Shown here: piece by piece, positions 14,120 to 26,158 of the stretch
How positions within the stretch are numbered: position 1 is the stretch's first letter
How the letters are laid out: each line of letters begins with the position of its first letter
Assembly: GCA_951406725.2 (NCBI GenBank)
Contig: OX597827.1
Location: 40,734,001 to 40,798,000 of the forward strand
Direction: 5' to 3'
DNA: 64,000 nucleotides
Source of the DNA: Octopus vulgaris
Lineage: Eukaryota
The notes under the pieces: generated by a model
Database searches by the model: none
Told to the model about the DNA's origin: nothing
What the model saw: only the letters and a program-made list of their open reading frames with translations
Made by a program: the position numbers and the translations under genes

Positions 14120-14434
14120 GCACATATATATATATAGATGTAAGTGTGGGTGAGTATAATATATAGATAGGTACATAGATAGATACGCTAATATACACAG
14201 CGATGGAGAGAGAGAGAGACAGACAGACAGAAAAGGGGAGAGAAGTAAGTGAGCAATTTACAATCAAGACAACACACCAACTACATCAGCCCTCACACTA
14301 ACAACCACCCGTACCTCATTTTACTTCACTTATCAATCACACCTTTATCCCATGTCCCACCCCAATACATGTCGAATGTGAAATGAACATTTTTCATATG
14401 TGCCTGCCGAGAGGATATATGTATACATGGGTAC

Positions 14435-14465
<31 letters not shown>

Positions 14466-14941
14466 TGTATGTATGTATGTATGTATGTATGTATGTATGT
14501 ATGTATGTATGAATGTATGCATGTATGTATGTATGAATGCATGTATGTATGTATGAATGTATGTATGCATGACTATATGTATGTGTGTATATATGTTTAT
14601 ATATATATATGTATGTATGTATGTCTATATGAATGTATGCGTGTATGTGTGTGTATGAATGCATGTATGTATGTGGTCTTTGCATGTATGTGTGTATGTG
14701 TGTGTCTGAGCTTGTATGCGCAAGTGTATGTTTAGGGTATATTGCAGTTATTACTACCATTTCTGCTGGTGTTTAGATCCAGAAGTATCAGCAAAGGCAT
14801 TCCAGCCGTGACCATCCTGTCTTTTCCCTTTGTGCAACAAACCCAATACCACATCATTTGCTATATTCCTTTAAAGAGGAAGAGGGTAATCTGAAGATTT
14901 CACTTCTGTTTCTTTGGGCCCCAGCAATCATATGTCTTTAT

Positions 14942-15310
14942 AGGCGTGGTTGTGTGGTAAGAAGTTTGCTTCGTAACCACTAAGTTACGGGTTCGGTTCC
15001 ACTGCATGGCATCTTGGGCATTTTTTTTTTTTTACCAAAGCCTTGTGAGTTGATTTGGTAAGCGGAAACTCAGTATGTGTATGTGTATGTGTGTATGTGT
15101 GTGCGTGTGTGTGTGTGCGCGCACTCCTGTCTGCGCTTCTCCCCCACAGCCATTTGACAACCCGTGTTGGTGTGTTTGTGTCCTCGTAGTTTAGCAGTTC
15201 TGGAAAAGACACCAATAGAAAAAATACCAGGCTTTAAAAAATAATATGCACTTGAGATGATTCATTCGACTAAAAATTCAAGATGGTACCCCAGCATGGC
15301 CGCGGTATAA
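14942..15310 (+). mobile_element. SINE family A, diverged copy
   Basis: Head, internal TG tract and tail recognisable. Confidence 0.75.
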
Positions 15311-15912
15311 TCTTTTCTACTCTAGGCACAGGGCCCGAAATTTGTGGGGAGGGAGCAGTCGATTAGATCGACCCTAGTACACAACTGGTACTTAATTTAT
15401 CGACCCCGAAAGGGCGAAAGGCAAAGTCGACCTCGGCGGAATTTTAACTCAGAACGTAACAGCAGACGAAATACCGCTAAATATTTCGCCCTGCGTGCTA
15501 ACCTTTCTTATTTCTTTACTGCCCACAAGAGGCTACACAAAGACAGGACAAACGGATTAAATCGATTATATCGACCCCAGTGCGTAACTGGTACTTAATT
15601 AATAGACCCCGAAAGGATGAAAAGCATAGTCGACCTCGGCGGGATTTGAACTCAGAACGTAACAGCAAACGAAATACTTATTTCTTTACTACCCACAAGG
15701 GGCTAAACATAGAGAGGTCAAACAAGGACAGACAGACGGATTAAGTCGATTATATCGACCCCAGTGCGTAACTGGTACTTATTTAATCGACCTCGAAAGG
15801 ATGAAAGGCAAAGTCGACCTCGGCGGAATTTGAACTCAGAACGTAGCGGCAGACGAAATACCGCTAAGCATTTCGCCCGGCGTGCTAACGTTTCTGCCAG
15901 CTCGCCGCCTTA
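15311..15912 (-). mobile_element. SINE family B trimer
   Basis: Three body copies (cgaaaggatgaaaggcaaagtcgacctcggcggaatttgaactcag) at about 15400, 15605 and 15790; one full head. Confidence 0.85.
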
Positions 15913-16132
15913 TAGCCTCGGTGTAATGACTGAAATGTGTATGTCTGTATGTGCGTGTTTGTGTGTCTATACCTGTGTCTGTCTGCTTGCCTGTCTGCCT
16001 GCCTGCTTGACTGTGTAAGTGTGTATAATTCAATTTAAAGCGAAGACATCTCGGCGAGCTGTTGATTTAAATATTGCAATGTTAGAGTTACATTTCACGA
16101 GTCTACTTCTTCTCCATCAACATCTTCTTAGT

Positions 16133-16195
<63 letters not shown>

Positions 16196-16310
16196 GTCTA
16201 CTACAACCACCACCACCACCACTACTATTACTACTAATACGAACACATCTGTCGATTTATCTGTGAAAGTGTGAAGTATATATATATATGTGTGTGCATA
16301 TGTGTGTGTG

Positions 16311-16361
<51 letters not shown>

Positions 16362-16821
16362 GCACACATGTGCAGACACACACAACATTCCCCCACGTGT
16401 GTGTGTGTGTGTTTGTGTATCGTCTGTTACAAGACACAAACATACATCACAAGGTACGCCCCAATTAGGGGTAGACCGCCATTTTTCACCAGTGTTCAAA
16501 TACATTTTTAAAAGTGATTAATTTTAGTGCTGCAGTTTCAGTCTATACAATAAAAGAATATACGGAATGAGTCACACGTTATGAAGGTCCACTTTATAAA
16601 GGCACAATAGCTCCCAAGTTATCCATATATAAGGTTGTCAGTAACGCGGTGTCAAACTGCTCATAACGGAAAATGTACCGAAAAATAGAAACTATTGCCG
16701 GAAGCCTGATGAAACTATGTTTCGAGCGAAAACTACCTTGAAGTGTTTAACATGTAATTCATGTCGTAGAGGTATACTGACATAAACACACAGACACGCA
16801 GACATACACACACACATTCAC

Positions 16822-16921
<100 letters not shown>

Positions 16922-16935
16922 GTAGATATAATGAA

Positions 16936-17231
16936 CGCGCGTGGCTTAGTTTTTCGGCTATCCGGATCTCAGTCGTTATGCCGTGAGTTCGATTCCTGGC
17001 GGTGCGTTGTGTCCTTGAGCAAGACACTTTATTTCACGTTGCTCCAGTCCACTGAGCTGGCAAAAATGAGTGGGATCTGTAATTCAAAAGGTCAGCCTCG
17101 TCACACTCCGTGTCACGTTAAGAGTACGTGTGTCTGTGGAGTGCTCATCCACTTGCACGTTAATTTCACGAGCAGGCTGTTCCGCTGATCGGATCAACTG
17201 GAACCTTCGTCGTCGTAACCGACGGAGTGCC
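16936..17231 (+). mobile_element. SINE family C (tRNA head, CORE-like GTGTCCTTGAGCAAGACAC)
   Basis: B box GAGTTCGATTCC; matches 50058-50376, 23590-23890, 25836-26158(-) and 28920-29222(-). Confidence 0.85.
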
Positions 17232-17365
17232 GATTCAGTGTGTGTGTATGTATGTATGTATGTATGTATGTATGTATGTATGTATGTATGTATGTATGTA
17301 TGTATGTATGTTTGTATGTGTGTATGTATGTATGTATGTATGTATGTATGCGTGTATGTATGTAT

Positions 17366-17784
17366 ATGTGACCGCGTGTGTATCGTCGGCGATTTTCTTT
17401 CTCCGTCTTCCCTTCTTTGGACTTTTTCTATATTTCTGACGAAGAGCTCCGCTTGAAACGTGAAATCCTCTCTCTTTTCTTTCCTTTCCTGAGCGACCAA
17501 TAACACGTCCTCGCGTTGTTGTGTTTTCTTGCTTGTTCATGTTTGGATTAACTATGTATATATATATATATATATATAGTTAATCCAAACATGAAAGCAC
17601 AAAAAAACATAACAGCGCGAGGACGTGGAACAAATATAGTATTATTGGACGCTCGGGAAAGAAGGAAAGAAGGAGGGTTTAACGTTTTGAGCGGAGCTCT
17701 TCGTCGGAAACATAGGAGAAGGAAAGATCCAGAGAAGGGAAGACAGGGGGAAGAAAATCGCCAACAGTACACACGCGGTGACAT
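17366..17784. mobile_element. Two ~190-200-bp hammerhead-bearing units tail-to-tail across a (TA)n tract
   Basis: 17366-17555(+) and 17577-17784(-) are diverged reverse complements; same family at 13670-13860 and 52112-52306; hammerhead relics at 17432-17466(+) and 17677-17711(-). Confidence 0.8.
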
Positions 17785-17802
17785 ATATATATGTGTGTGT
17801 GC

Positions 17803-17867
<65 letters not shown>

Positions 17868-18432
17868 GAAATGCCATAGAATGAAATTTCTATAAAAAGA
17901 GAAATATTTCTTTTGATATTTTCAACACATGTGCGTTTGAACAACTTGGTACATAAATTTACTCAGAAAAAAAGAATATATAGAGTAGCACACTTTCCAC
18001 AAATTCTTAAGTTTATAAACAAACGAAGCGTATTTTACTAGGTATTTCTATCACAGACATGTTTAAAAAAAAATGATGCCCATTCCACTAAAGATAGCAA
18101 CGGCAAATTTAGAAATGATAAGAAGAAAATTACTAAACCCAGTTAATTAATATACAGAAATAACACCTTGTGGTCCGCGAATAGAATAATTATTCTATTC
18201 GGTATGCCGGTTACTTGTGCTAAGCTTGGTCTTTAAAAATCATACCGGTTCAGTACTATGTTGTATATGTTCATATCAGCTGATTCTCAGTCTCAAATGA
18301 GTGTGTGTGTGTGTGTGTCTTTTATGGTGTACTTGCTTTAGTCCTTGGACAGCGGACAAGCTGGAGCACTGGTTTGAGTAGTCGAAAAAATTCGACCTCA
18401 GTAATTCTTTTTTTAAGTCTAGTAAAGAAGTT

Positions 18433-19390
18433 GTGGTCGATGGAGTCCACTCAAGTCCAGCAAAAGTCACCTGTGGTGTCCCTCAGGGGACTATCTTGGG
18501 CCTGCTCCTCTTTATAATTTACATGAATGACCTTTCCAGCGTCGTAAATCACTACAAAGTGAAAATATCTGCTGATGACACTAAGCTCCAGCAAATCATC
18601 AATGAAGAAGAAGACTGAACTCAACTCCAGTCTGATCTATATGCTGTGAGTCAATGGGCAGACAAAAACAAAATGCAAATGAACAAGGGAAAATTTGATG
18701 TGATGCATTTTGGAAGAAAGTCTATACTAAAACAACCATACTCACTTCCTTCAGGGGAACTGCTCACGGCATCTAATAATATCAAATACCTGGGTGTAAT
18801 TGTTGATAACAATCTCAGTTGGAGTACCACATCAACAATAAGGTCGATGTAGCTCGTAGGATGAGCTCCTGGATCTTACGAACCTTCTGATCCAGAGAAC
18901 AAAGTGTCATCATTCCACTTTTCTCCTCCTTTGTACGGCCACACCTCGAATAGTGCTGCCCCTTGTGATCTCCCCATACAAAACAAAACACCTCGAAGAT
19001 TGAATCACCCCAGAGGTCACTCACTAAACGAATTGAAGGCATGACTAATCTCGATTACTGGGACCGCCTTAAATCCCTGAAACTCTACTCTCTCCAGCGC
19101 CGTCGCGAGCTGTACATCATTTGTACGATGTGGAGAATATACCGCCAGCATTGCCCAAACAACCTGAACATTAGTTTCAAGGTTCATCCAAGGCTGGGAC
19201 CACGAGCCATACGTCCCCTGCCCAATTCAGGATCACAACATATAGGTACACTGCGGCATAATTTCTTTTCTTCAACAGGCCCTGCCCTGTTTAACATTGT
19301 CCCAAAACAGATCAAAGAGGAAAAGGACCCTATCAGCTTTAAACGGAGTCTGGACAGATTTCTTCAAGGAACACTAGATAAGCCACCCAT
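18433..19390 (+). pseudogene. CR1-clade LINE ORF2 fragment (RT domain and C-terminus), disrupted
   Basis: GVPQGTILGLLLFIIYMND, ADDTK, KYLGVIVDNNLSW, VRPHLE, YWDRLKSLKLYSLQRRR and FKRSLDRFL motifs; multiple stops and frameshifts; 5' truncated. Confidence 0.92.
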
Positions 19391-20117
19391 AAGGGGCATC
19401 AGCCATCTGAATGTGGCTAGGGACAGGTCAGGGCGGTGGGGGTGTTACTGATGCATTTAGCCCCAGGCGATCATCAACGTCACCAGGAGGGCTGACACCA
19501 TCTCGGTGTCCTCTAGCCTGAAAAGGGAGATCATTCCCCGAAGAAGCGGATGCTACATACGGACCAGGTTTCAAGGTATTTGCCTATTATCAACGCATGG
19601 TAAGCACCGCTCTCCGACGAATAACTCTCTGTACAGGCTATATATTTAAGGGTTTTCACAGTAAACACATTTACTGATGTAGAAAAACCGTTCGAAAGCA
19701 ATAATAAATCTCTAAACGAGATATAAACAGTAACTGCTCTATAACATAAGGGGCATCAGCCATCTGAATGTAGCTAGGGACAGGGCAGGGCGGTGGGGGT
19801 GTTACTGATGCATTTAGCCCCAGGCGATCATCAACGTCACCAGGAGGGCTGACACCATCTCGGTGTCCTCTAGCCTGCAAAGGGAGATCATTCCCCGAAG
19901 AAGCGGATGCTACATACGGACCAGGTTTCAAGGTATTTGCCTATTATCAACGCATGGTAAGCACCGCTCTCCGACGAATAACTCTCTGCACCCCCACCGC
20001 CCTGCCCTGTTCCTAGCCACTTTCAGATGGCTGATGCCCCTTATGTTATAGAGCAGTTACTGTTTATATCTCGTTTAGAGATTTATTATTGCTTTCGAAC
20101 GGTTTTTCTACATCAGT
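19388..20117. mobile_element. Non-coding element: 244-bp direct repeats plus 129-bp inverted repeat (Penelope pLTR-like architecture)
   Basis: 19388-19631 is near-identical to 19745-19988; 19673-19801 is the near-identical reverse complement of 19989-20117. Confidence 0.7.
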
Positions 20118-20118
20118 T

Positions 20119-20768
20119 TTTTACATGCCGAAATCTACTTGGTGAAATTAATGATTATTCCAAATTAATTAATTTCACCCTATATTATTACTGATAACCA
20201 TATTTCATCCCAGTAAATGACCACAACATCTTGTCTTAGCTGCACGCTGGTGGGAAGGGGTTGGTAACACAAACTTTCATTCACACTTTGAATTTGGTGA
20301 TACTGGTAACGGCTTTAGCTCGCTCTGATACTGAGTTGAGATGATGCCTTCTAGTACCTCGAAATTTAATATACAATTATTCATAATTGTAGTGTCCTAC
20401 GCTGATGAGAAAAGAAGTTGGGTAAGACATAATTATCTAATTCTTATGCTTTCCTAAAACTTAATTTCGAAACGTACGTCCGTAGGTGACTTAAAATTGT
20501 ATGATAGATTGCCGTCATTTCTTTCTCTCTTGCCTGTCTGTGTTTGCCTTTCAAGTGCTGGGGTTTTACTGAGATCTCCCTTTTGGTAGAAAGAATAGCT
20601 ATAACTCTTTGACTGCTATTTCTAAATTCGGTGTGTGGTGAGGCAAATCCTTGCTAAACCCATAATTACTTAGTATTACTTAAACTTTCCTCGAATGAGG
20701 CTTTTACATGCCGAAATCTACTTGGTGAAATTAATGATTATTCCAAATTAATTAATTTCACCCTATAT

Positions 20769-20773
<5 letters not shown>
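20119..20773 (+). mobile_element. Non-autonomous hammerhead-containing unit with 72-bp terminal direct repeats, ending in (TA)n
   Basis: 20119-20190 is identical to 20702-20773; internal hammerhead; related tails at 42539-42598(-) and 62453-62632(+), also adjoining TA-rich tracts. Confidence 0.75.
20396..20486 (+). ncRNA. Type I hammerhead ribozyme, canonical core
   Basis: cctacg CTGATGA gaaa...tttc GAAA cgtac GTC cgtagg: 6-bp helix I, ~60-nt helix II domain, palindromic ACGTACGT helix III, GUC triplet (predicted cut after 20480). Confidence 0.85.
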
Positions 20774-20834
<61 letters not shown>

Positions 20835-20838
<4 letters not shown>

Positions 20839-21077
20839 AATTGCAGCGTGGAAGGTGTTTATAAGCCATTTAAGAAACACACAAAAGCCGTTCGATTCAC
20901 TTCAACATTTAAGTTTAATTTGTCAAAATATTTTCGTCGCTAAAATCCGCGACCTGTTCACTGACAAAGTCCGTGCTGCATCTCGGATACAAATTAAACT
21001 TAAATGTTGAAGTGAATCGAACGGCTTTTGTGTGTTTCTTAAATGGCTTATAAACACCTTCTACGCTGCAATTGTTT
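20835..21077. repeat. 89-bp inverted repeat with 65-bp spacer, between two (TA)n tracts
   Basis: 20835-20923 versus 20989-21077 reverse complement, one mismatch seen. Confidence 0.92.
20919..20968 (-). ncRNA. Type I hammerhead motif with G3:C8 core swap
   Basis: Minus strand: tttgtca GTGAACA g gtcgc-ggatttta-gcgac GAA AATATT T tgacaaa; 7-bp helix I, 5-bp helix II, palindromic helix III. Confidence 0.7.
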
Positions 21078-21131
21078 TCGTTTCAGCACACGATCTCAGA
21101 TCACGTTACTTGCTATGCGAGTACATCTCCG

Positions 21132-21209
<78 letters not shown>

Positions 21210-21787
21210 AACTTATGCATACATACGACGGGCTTCCACACAGTTTCTGCTTGCTGAATTCACTCACAAGGCATTGGTCAGTCTGGAGCTATAGTAGAAG
21301 GCATTAACCCAAGATACCATGCAGTAGCCCGGCGTGCTAACGTTTCTGCCAGCTTGCCGCCTTACGATTGATAGAAATTAAGGGCGTTTGCCTGTTATTT
21401 CTAGCTGATCGAACGACCACATAGGGTCCCAACCCTCGTTGGTAATGGTAGCGGATGGTAGGTGTGGTGGTGGTGATCATGGTAGGGATCATGATGTTAA
21501 GAAAAGCGGTGGTGGTGAGATGGCAGTGACGGCGTCGTTGTTATTGTTGTTCGTGTTGACGGTGGGTAGTGAGGTTAGTGGTTATGATGGTAATAGAAAT
21601 GGTGGTTGTGGTGGTGGTAGTGGTGGTGGTGGTGGTGGTGGTGGTAGTGGTGGTGGTTGTGGTAGTGGTGTAGTATAGGAAAGCATTGACTGATGTGTTG
21701 GTGCAGGGTTTTGTCGTTATGGTGCGTGTGTGTCTGTGTGTGTATGCGAGCTGTATGTACGTGCGAGCGTGTGTGTGTATGTATGTA

Positions 21788-21818
<31 letters not shown>

Positions 21819-21929
21819 TAAGTGGGTAATTTTACAAGATAACGATGATATTTAATTGAGAGAAAGAATAAAACAAGAGGGGGGAATGAGAAGTATTCAG
21901 TGAGGAAGGAGGAACCATTGCAAAGCAAA

Positions 21930-22443
21930 GGTAATCCACCATGACCACCACTACCACGAACTCTACCTCCAAGACCACTATCACTACCGCGGTAACCACT
22001 ACCGCAGTCAGCACTACTCCTACCGCCACTGGTACTACCACCATCAGTAACGTCACCACCAGCACCAACACTTCCCGCCACCACAACCATGACCACGTCT
22101 GCTATCACTGACATCATCACCACCAGTACCAGCATCAGTACCATCACTATCAATACTGCCCCTAGTACTGTCATGACCACCACTAGCACCACTCCAGTCA
22201 TGACCATCACTACGATCATTTCCACAAGACAGTACCAGGTTCAACTTAACTTCAAGCATCACCATCAACAACACCTCTTCAACTAGTGCCATCTCAAGCA
22301 CCATCCACGACAACCCATCATCATCAGCTCCACCACCACAACGACCATTACCACCACTGCCAACACCACCATTGCCGCTATCATTTTCACCACCACTACC
22401 ACTACCAATGGTACCATCTCCTCTCTCACCACTAACACCTTTT

Positions 22444-22498
<55 letters not shown>

Positions 22499-22619
22499 CA
22501 CCACTACCACCACTACTACTACTACTGCTACTGATACTACTACTACTACTACTGCTACCACCACCACCACCACTACTACAACCACCACCACCACCCCACT
22601 ACCACAACCACTACTACTG

Positions 22620-22661
<42 letters not shown>

Positions 22662-22750
22662 TTACTTCCACCATGGCCGGGACACCATCGCCAATACAAT
22701 CAACAACACCACAACCATCCACCCACCCAACTTCCACCTACAACAACCAC
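21930..22750. repeat. Degenerate (CCA/CTA)n trinucleotide region
   Basis: Directly visible; gives Thr/Val/Leu/Ser homopolymer ORFs. Confidence 0.9.
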
Positions 22751-23149
22751 CGTTGTTTTATTTTGAAAAGGGCGGGTGTGTACTCGCGTGCCTCCTTTGA
22801 TCCAACTGGTCAACAAAACATTTAATGACCACAGCACACACATCACACCCTAAAACTGTCATCTCCTCCACCCCTACACTTAACATCCCTCTTTAATTTA
22901 CCTCCCTCCCGCACACAGACGCACACACACACACACATCATCGCCACCCTCGTTCTTCCCTCTTTTTCTATTTACTAACTCTCATCCCTAACCAGGCATC
23001 GGCTGCTGTCGCCGCTGGTCACGAAGTCGGTTTCAGAGCCAACGAGTGTGTTTCTTAGGTGATCGCACAGCCTGCTAGAAATAGCAGCTAAATCTTCCTC
23101 ATACCTCACCTTACCGTCATATATACACTGAATATTGTGGTTTTAGGTT

Positions 23150-23565
23150 TCTTATTTCTTTATTGCCCACAAGGGGCTAAACATAGAAGGGACAAACAAA
23201 GACAGACATACAGACGGATTAAATCGATTACATCGACCCCAGTGCGTAACTGGTACTTAATTTATCGACCCTGAAAGGATGACAAGCAAAGTCGACCTCG
23301 GCAGAATTTGAACTCAGAACGTAGCGGCAGACGAAATACCTATTTCTTTACTACCCACAAGGGGCTAAACACAGAGGAGACAAACAAGGACAGACAAACG
23401 AATTGAGTCGATTATATCGACCCCAGTGCGAAACTGGTACTTAATTTATCGACCTCGAAAGGATGAAAGGCAAAGTCGACCTCGGCGGAATTTGAACTCA
23501 GAACGTAGCAGCAGACGAAATACCGCTAAGCATTTCGCCCGGCGTGCTAACGTTTCTGCCAGCTA
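23150..23565 (-). mobile_element. SINE family B dimer
   Basis: Two tail1+body units in tandem and one head. Confidence 0.85.
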
Positions 23566-23589
23566 GCTTTGTGGTTTTAGGTTTCTTGC

Positions 23590-23890
23590 ACGTAGGTTAG
23601 TGGTTAGGGTATTCGGTTCACGATCGTGAGGTTGTGAGTTCGATTCATGGCGCCGCGTTGTGTCCTTGAGCAAGACACCTTATTTCACGTTACTCCAGTT
23701 CACTCAGTTGGCAGAAAGGTATTTTAAAGGGCCAGTCTTGTCACATTCTGTGTCGTGCTCAATCTCCCTATAAACTATGTAAAGGCTGCGCGTGTCTGTG
23801 GAGGGCTCAGCCACTTGCACATAAATTTCACGAGCGGGCCGTTCCCGTTGACCGGATCATCTGGAACACTCATCGACGTAACCGATTAGA
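23590..23890 (+). mobile_element. SINE family C
   Basis: tagtggttaggg...gagttcgattc...gtgtccttgagcaagacac. Confidence 0.8.
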
Positions 23891-24127
23891 GATATCCTTG
23901 CCCTACAGGATGATCACGGTTGGAATACTCTTCATCATAGGTCTACTTGATAAAGACTGACTTGGCGTTGTTGTGGTAGAAGTTGCTGTTGTTCTTGTAG
24001 CTGTTGTTTAACCTTAGATCTTTTCTCATTCAACAGACCTTTGGTGAAAGGCGCTCCAATCGTGAGCATAAGGGCTATTTTTTCTGATTTTCTGATTTAA
24101 TTTATCATGAATGTACTTGTATGTATG

Positions 24128-24159
<32 letters not shown>

Positions 24160-24939
24160 AAGTTTTCTCCTACTTTTTTAATTGCAATGTTTTTAATCAG
24201 ATCCTCACTATGATACCATTAACACTTCGAAATTATATTTCCGATCGTATAAACCACTTAGAAGATTATCTTAGTAAGTGATTTATTTTGTGGCGTAAAC
24301 CATTTACCATTTCTGCGGTGTCTCTACTTCCCTTAATGCCATAAGCGCGTGCTTAATTTGCTTAACGGTTAATCCATTCTTTGGTTGTGATTGTGATTGA
24401 TGTTGTGGTTGTTGTCAAGCGTGGCGGGTTGAAAGATTCGTTAGAGCATTAAAAAACAAAATTTTTTAAAAATAGATAAAGTATCTTGCAAACTTGCCAT
24501 ATTTGTTCCGAATTCGAATTCCTCGACAGCATTTCAGCTCTTCTGAGTTCAAATTCCGCCGAGATCAACTTAGTCTTTCATCCTTTCAGGGTCGATAAAA
24601 TAAATTATCAGTCAAGTACTGAGATTGCTAATACTAACCCCCTTCTCTAAAAATTGCTAACTTTGTGCTTGAATTAGAAACCGTTATCAAAAAGGTGGGG
24701 CGTTGGCAGAGTCATTAGGCCATTGGAAAAAGTGTTTTACTGCATTCATTCAGGGGTTTCCATTCTGAGTTCAAATCCTGCTGAGATAAACTGTCATTCA
24801 TCCAGCTGAAAAATGCCAGTCAAGTATTGAGGTTGGTGATAAACCAACTAAACCCTGCCCTCAAAGTTGTGACCTTTCGCCTATATAAGAAATAACTATT
24901 GCAATTCTTTCTTTGGTTGTTTATACTCACGTCAACCCG

Positions 24940-25130
24940 ACGGAGCGGGCCTTATGACCAAAGGCGTTCCAACAGTGACCATCCTATTTTACTATTTAGA
25001 AATAGTCTATCACAGGACTACATTATCCAGTGTATCCTTTTTCAAAAGGTTTTTGAGTATTACTTGAGGTAAATTTGACTGCAATTTCTTGCACGTCAAA
25101 TGGCCTCTTTGAGGCCCCCCACACTGGCTC
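24940..25130 (+). mobile_element. Old dispersed repeat family (gacctatgatcaaaggcattccag...gagatttggctgctatttctagc)
   Basis: Diverged fragments also near 3440-3620(-), 4890-4950, 14790-14930, 21380-21440, 23040-23130(-), 23890-24070, 60260-60370 and 63410-63500. Confidence 0.55.
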
Positions 25131-25507
25131 CTAGTCTCGTTGTTGTTGCTGTTATTGCTGTCGCTACTGTTGTTGTTGACTAATGTTTATAATGGACGAA
25201 TGATTTTATTTGGAAACAAAACAAACCAATGCATTCTTTATCTCTTTATCGTCTTTTCTTTGTCCTCCTCCTCCTACTCTTCCACTTCCTCTTTTTCTTC
25301 TACTTCCTCTTCCCTCTCTGTTTTATGCAAATTCTTCTCTTCTCCTATTTCTTCTTTTCACTATCACCATTATCCTCATCTTCACCGTCATCAACATTAT
25401 CATCGTCATAATCGACCTCGTCAACGTCGTCGTCGCCATCTTCCTCACTCTACCCATCCACCTCTACCTTCTCCTCTTCCTCGTCCACTTTCTCCCCATC
25501 ATCACTC

Positions 25508-25508
<1 letters not shown>

Positions 25509-25538
<30 letters not shown>

Positions 25539-25599
25539 CTTCTTCTTCTTCTTCTTCTTCTTCTTCTTCTTCTTCTTCTTCTTCTTCTTCTTCTTCTTC
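25509..25599. repeat. (CTT)n microsatellite within a pyrimidine-rich tract
   Basis: About 30 perfect CTT units. Confidence 0.95.
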
Positions 25600-25835
25600 C
25601 ATTCCCGTGTTCTTTACTTCTCATTCTCTCCCCTATCCGTTCTCTTCTACTCTTCTTTTTGTGCTTATTCATTTCTTGTAGTTGTTTTTGTTTCCTTTTA
25701 CCACACCTCAAGCGCCATTTCTCAAATATCCACAACATCACCACTTCAAAAACCCAGAGTACCCACTTTCCGTAGCCCCATAACTTTCAAGCCTCCTATA
25801 CTAAAGATCCTCCCGTATTCCTCCTCTGACCTATC

Positions 25836-26158
25836 TGGCACTCCGTCGGTTACGACGACGAGAGTTCTAGCTGATTCGATCAACGTAACAGCATGCTCGT
25901 GAAATGAATGTGCAAGCGGCTGAGCAATCCACAGACGCATACCCTTAACATAACTCCTAGGGACATTCAGCGTGACACTGAATGTGACAAGGGTGGCCCC
26001 TTTTGAAGTACACGAACAACTCATTTTTACCAGCTGAGTAAACTGGAGCTACGTGAAATAAAATGTCTTACTCGAGGACAGAACCCACCACCGGAGATCG
26101 AAATCATGACCTTACTACCGTGAGTCGAACACCCTACCCACTAAGCTACACGCCTTCA
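25836..26158 (-). mobile_element. SINE family C
   Basis: Reverse complement match to 50058-50376. Confidence 0.8.

Noticed and set aside
15344-16018. Recurrent peptide NWYLxxRPRKDERQSRPRRNLNSER
   Set aside because: Antisense translation of SINE family B; recurrence reflects the repeat rather than a protein family.
16700-16745. CTGATGA...CGAAA spacing suggestive of a hammerhead
   Set aside because: No helix I partner or NUH triplet could be placed after GAAA.
21940-22440. Mucin-like Thr/Ser-rich reading frame
   Set aside because: Decayed (ACC)n microsatellite with stops and frameshifts, continuous with pure CTA/CCA repeats.
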